The notes beneath the pieces were generated by a model. The model saw only the letters and a program-made list of their open reading frames with translations, ran no database searches and had not been told where the DNA came from. DNA of 63,864 nt, the filler included, from Octopus bimaculoides (Eukaryota): NCBI RefSeq assembly GCF_001194135.2. It is 4 parts of 3 records of this genome, joined end to end, with 100 filler letters (N's around TTAATTAATTAA, not from the genome) between each part and the next. Parts side by side here need not be neighbours in the genome. Positions count along the whole stretch, not along the records: positions 50,130 to 62,629 come from NC_068989.1; positions 62,730 to 63,864 come from NC_069005.1; 2 more parts are not named here. One strand, given 5' to 3'. The position numbers and the translations under genes are program-made. Within the stretch, counting starts at the first letter, position 1, and every line of letters begins with the position of its first letter. Positions 61,651 to 63,864 of this stretch are shown here, in pieces.

Positions 61651-61959
61651 CATGTATGCATAAGCATAGACATAACTACATAGATGCGTATTTGTACATA
61701 CATGAATACATGTATACATACATAATTACACACATAGATGAATATATACATACACTAGCTTATTCAATCACTGCCTGGTTCTGCATGTGCTTTATAATTA
61801 TTATTATTTTTTTTATTAATTACAGATATTCAGAAATAATTAATTGTATGTTCAGTGTGAATTCTTCCGTAATCAGGTGTTACGTAAAGCAGTGGGGAGG
61901 GGGTATGTTCATCTCTTTCTCTCCTAGACTCATTATTTTGAACGTTATTTCGAACACCA

Positions 61960-62411
61960 CTACCGTCGTCGTCGTCGTCATCATCATCATCATCGTCGTC
62001 ATCATCATCATCGTCATCATCATCATCATTATTACTATTTTTATAATGATTGTTAGAGCCATAGCGTTCATCATAATCCTCATCATTATTTTTCGTATAC
62101 AAACATGGGTTGAGATTATCAACGTAACAATCACCACCGCCGTCGCCGCCGCCATATAATCATTCTCCTCCTCCCCCTCTCCCGCCTCCTTCTCCTCCAG
62201 ATCGTCATCATCATCATTGTCATCATTATCGCCGTTACCATCATCACCATCATCATCGTCATAACATCAATATTATCATCATCGTCGTCGTCGTCGTCAT
62301 CATCATCATCATCATCACCACCACCACCAACGCCACAACAGCCACCACAATCATCATCATCATCATTACTTTTTCAATTGTTGTTCTTCTTTGCCTATTC
62401 ATCCTTCTTTC

Positions 62412-62442
<31 letters not shown>

Positions 62443-62489
62443 CTTCTTCTTCTTCTTCTTCTTCTTCTTCTTCTTCCACTGCTTCTTCC

Positions 62490-62520
<31 letters not shown>

Positions 62521-62570
62521 CTTCTTCTTCTTCTTCTTCTTCTTCTTCTTCTTCTTCTTCTTCTTCTTCC
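61960..62570. repeat. (CAT/CGT/CAC)n and long (TTC)n trinucleotide arrays
   Basis: Direct reading; source of the poly-R/F/S/K ORFs in the track. Confidence 0.95.
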
Positions 62571-62673
62571 TCTCATTCATCTTATTGTTACTAATATCAT
62601 CGTTCTTGCTTCTTCTCATGCTACACTTTNNNNNNNNNNNNNNNNNNNNNNNNNNNNNNNNNNNNNNNNNNNN

Positions 62674-62685
62674 TTAATTAATTAA
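62674..62685. other. Assembly linker TTAATTAATTAA
   Basis: Flanked by 44 N on each side. Confidence 0.95.
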
Positions 62686-62912
62686 NNNNNNNNNNNNNNN
62701 NNNNNNNNNNNNNNNNNNNNNNNNNNNNNTATATGTATGTATGTATGTATATGTATATGTATATATGTATATATGTATGCATGTGTGTGTGTATATACAT
62801 ACACATATACACATGTATAATGTAATAACAATAATTAAGATAAATAAAGAAATAAAATGAAGAAATGATTACAAAATAGTACAAAAGAAGAGAAAAAACG
62901 TCAAAAATGAGA

Positions 62913-62968
62913 ACCGGAAGTTAGCAAGAATATGGCGCCTCCTACGTTATGTTACAGTCCGCCATCTT
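62913..62968. promoter_or_regulatory. ETS plus two opposed YY1-like motifs (housekeeping-promoter-like)
   Basis: ACCGGAAGT at 62913, AATATGGCG at 62929 and CCGCCATCTT at 62959, all within 56 bp of AT-rich DNA. Confidence 0.4.
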
Positions 62969-63443
62969 AAAGCCTGCATTCACCATTATAAATGAGTTAT
63001 TTATACAAACAGTTAGAAGGTTGTGGAGATTAATGGAAGAAAGCTAATGCCAGTTGCATCTATTATTGTCGGGGAAGATGATTATCTCTGTGTGATTAAG
63101 TGTTCTTGCCTTCATGTGTATCCGTTAGTGTCTTAGTGTGTGCTTGTACCTTTGCGTGTATATATGTGTTCGAATGTGGGTACATTTGTATGCACGTTTG
63201 TTGGTGTGTACATGTGTCTTTGTATGTTCGTGTGGTACGTTTGTTGGTACATAATAAGTGTGCTTGTATGCGTAACTGTACGCACTCAAGTGATATACAT
63301 GTGTTTGTGCCCCTGATTACTTGGATATTAATTTATTTGTGGTGATTATGTCCACATGCAAATGCAAGAGTGTACATGCGTACGTGCTTTTGTGGTTTCT
63401 CGCATTAACAGTATTTTACAGTTAGTATTGTTGTTCTATAGGG

Positions 63444-63704
63444 TGGAGGCGCGTGGCCTAGTGGGTAGAGTGCCAGCACCATGATCGTAAGATTGTGGTT
63501 TCGATTCCTGGACCGGGCGACTCGTTGTGTTCTTGAGAAAAACACTTCATTTCACGTTGCTCCAGTCCGCTCAGCTGGCAAAAATGAGTAACGCTGCGAT
63601 GGACTGGCGTCTCGTCCAGCTGGGGATCACATACGCCATTGAAACCTGGAAACCGGGCCCATAAGCCTGGCTAGGCTGTAAAAGGGCGCATTTCTTTTTT
63701 TTAT
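63444..63704 (+). mobile_element. SINE family C with 18-bp TSD
   Basis: Near-identical to 35457. TSD TATTGTTGTTCTATAGGG at 63426-63443 and 63705-63722. Confidence 0.93.
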
Positions 63705-63734
63705 TATTGTTGTTCTATAGGGCATCCCAAAATT

Positions 63735-63810
63735 AACTTTACGGGACATCACACACCAACATCGGTTGTCAAGCGATGGGGTGGGGGCAAAAACACAGAC
63801 ACAAACACAA
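63735..63810 (-). mobile_element. SINE family A fragment at window end
   Basis: CACACCAACATCGGTTGTCAAGCGATGG...ACACAGACAC. Confidence 0.7.
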
Positions 63811-63815
63811 ATATA

Positions 63816-63864
<49 letters not shown>

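Overview
This is a gap-rich (about 5.5 kb of N) eukaryotic draft-assembly window. It is very probably from an octopus, inferred from recognisable tRNA-derived SINE families and extreme microsatellite density. No complete protein-coding gene, rRNA, intact tRNA or CRISPR array can be supported, and nearly all ORFs in the track are microsatellite or N-gap artefacts. The sequence is dominated by at least four SINE families (several with 14-20 bp target-site duplications), four mariner relics/MITEs, and decayed LINEs (R4/Dong-like RLE, CR1/L2-like, L1/Tx1-like). A handful of small, splice-site-bounded, frame-open segments may be exons of a long-intron plus-strand gene, but these are low confidence. 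The most interesting signal is a set of minimal hammerhead-ribozyme folds, all on the minus strand. One lies in a tRNA-headed (A/B box), Pol III-like short element (33339-33600). A second copy of that element is inserted as a foldback with a 13-bp TSD (45751-45992). A third, unrelated hammerhead lies at 20629-20668. Together they suggest a Penelope-type, ribozyme-bearing SINE/retrozyme system. Three 100-bp N-TTAATTAATTAA-N linkers mark artificial joins, so long-range inferences across about 20335, 50080 and 62680 are uncertain.
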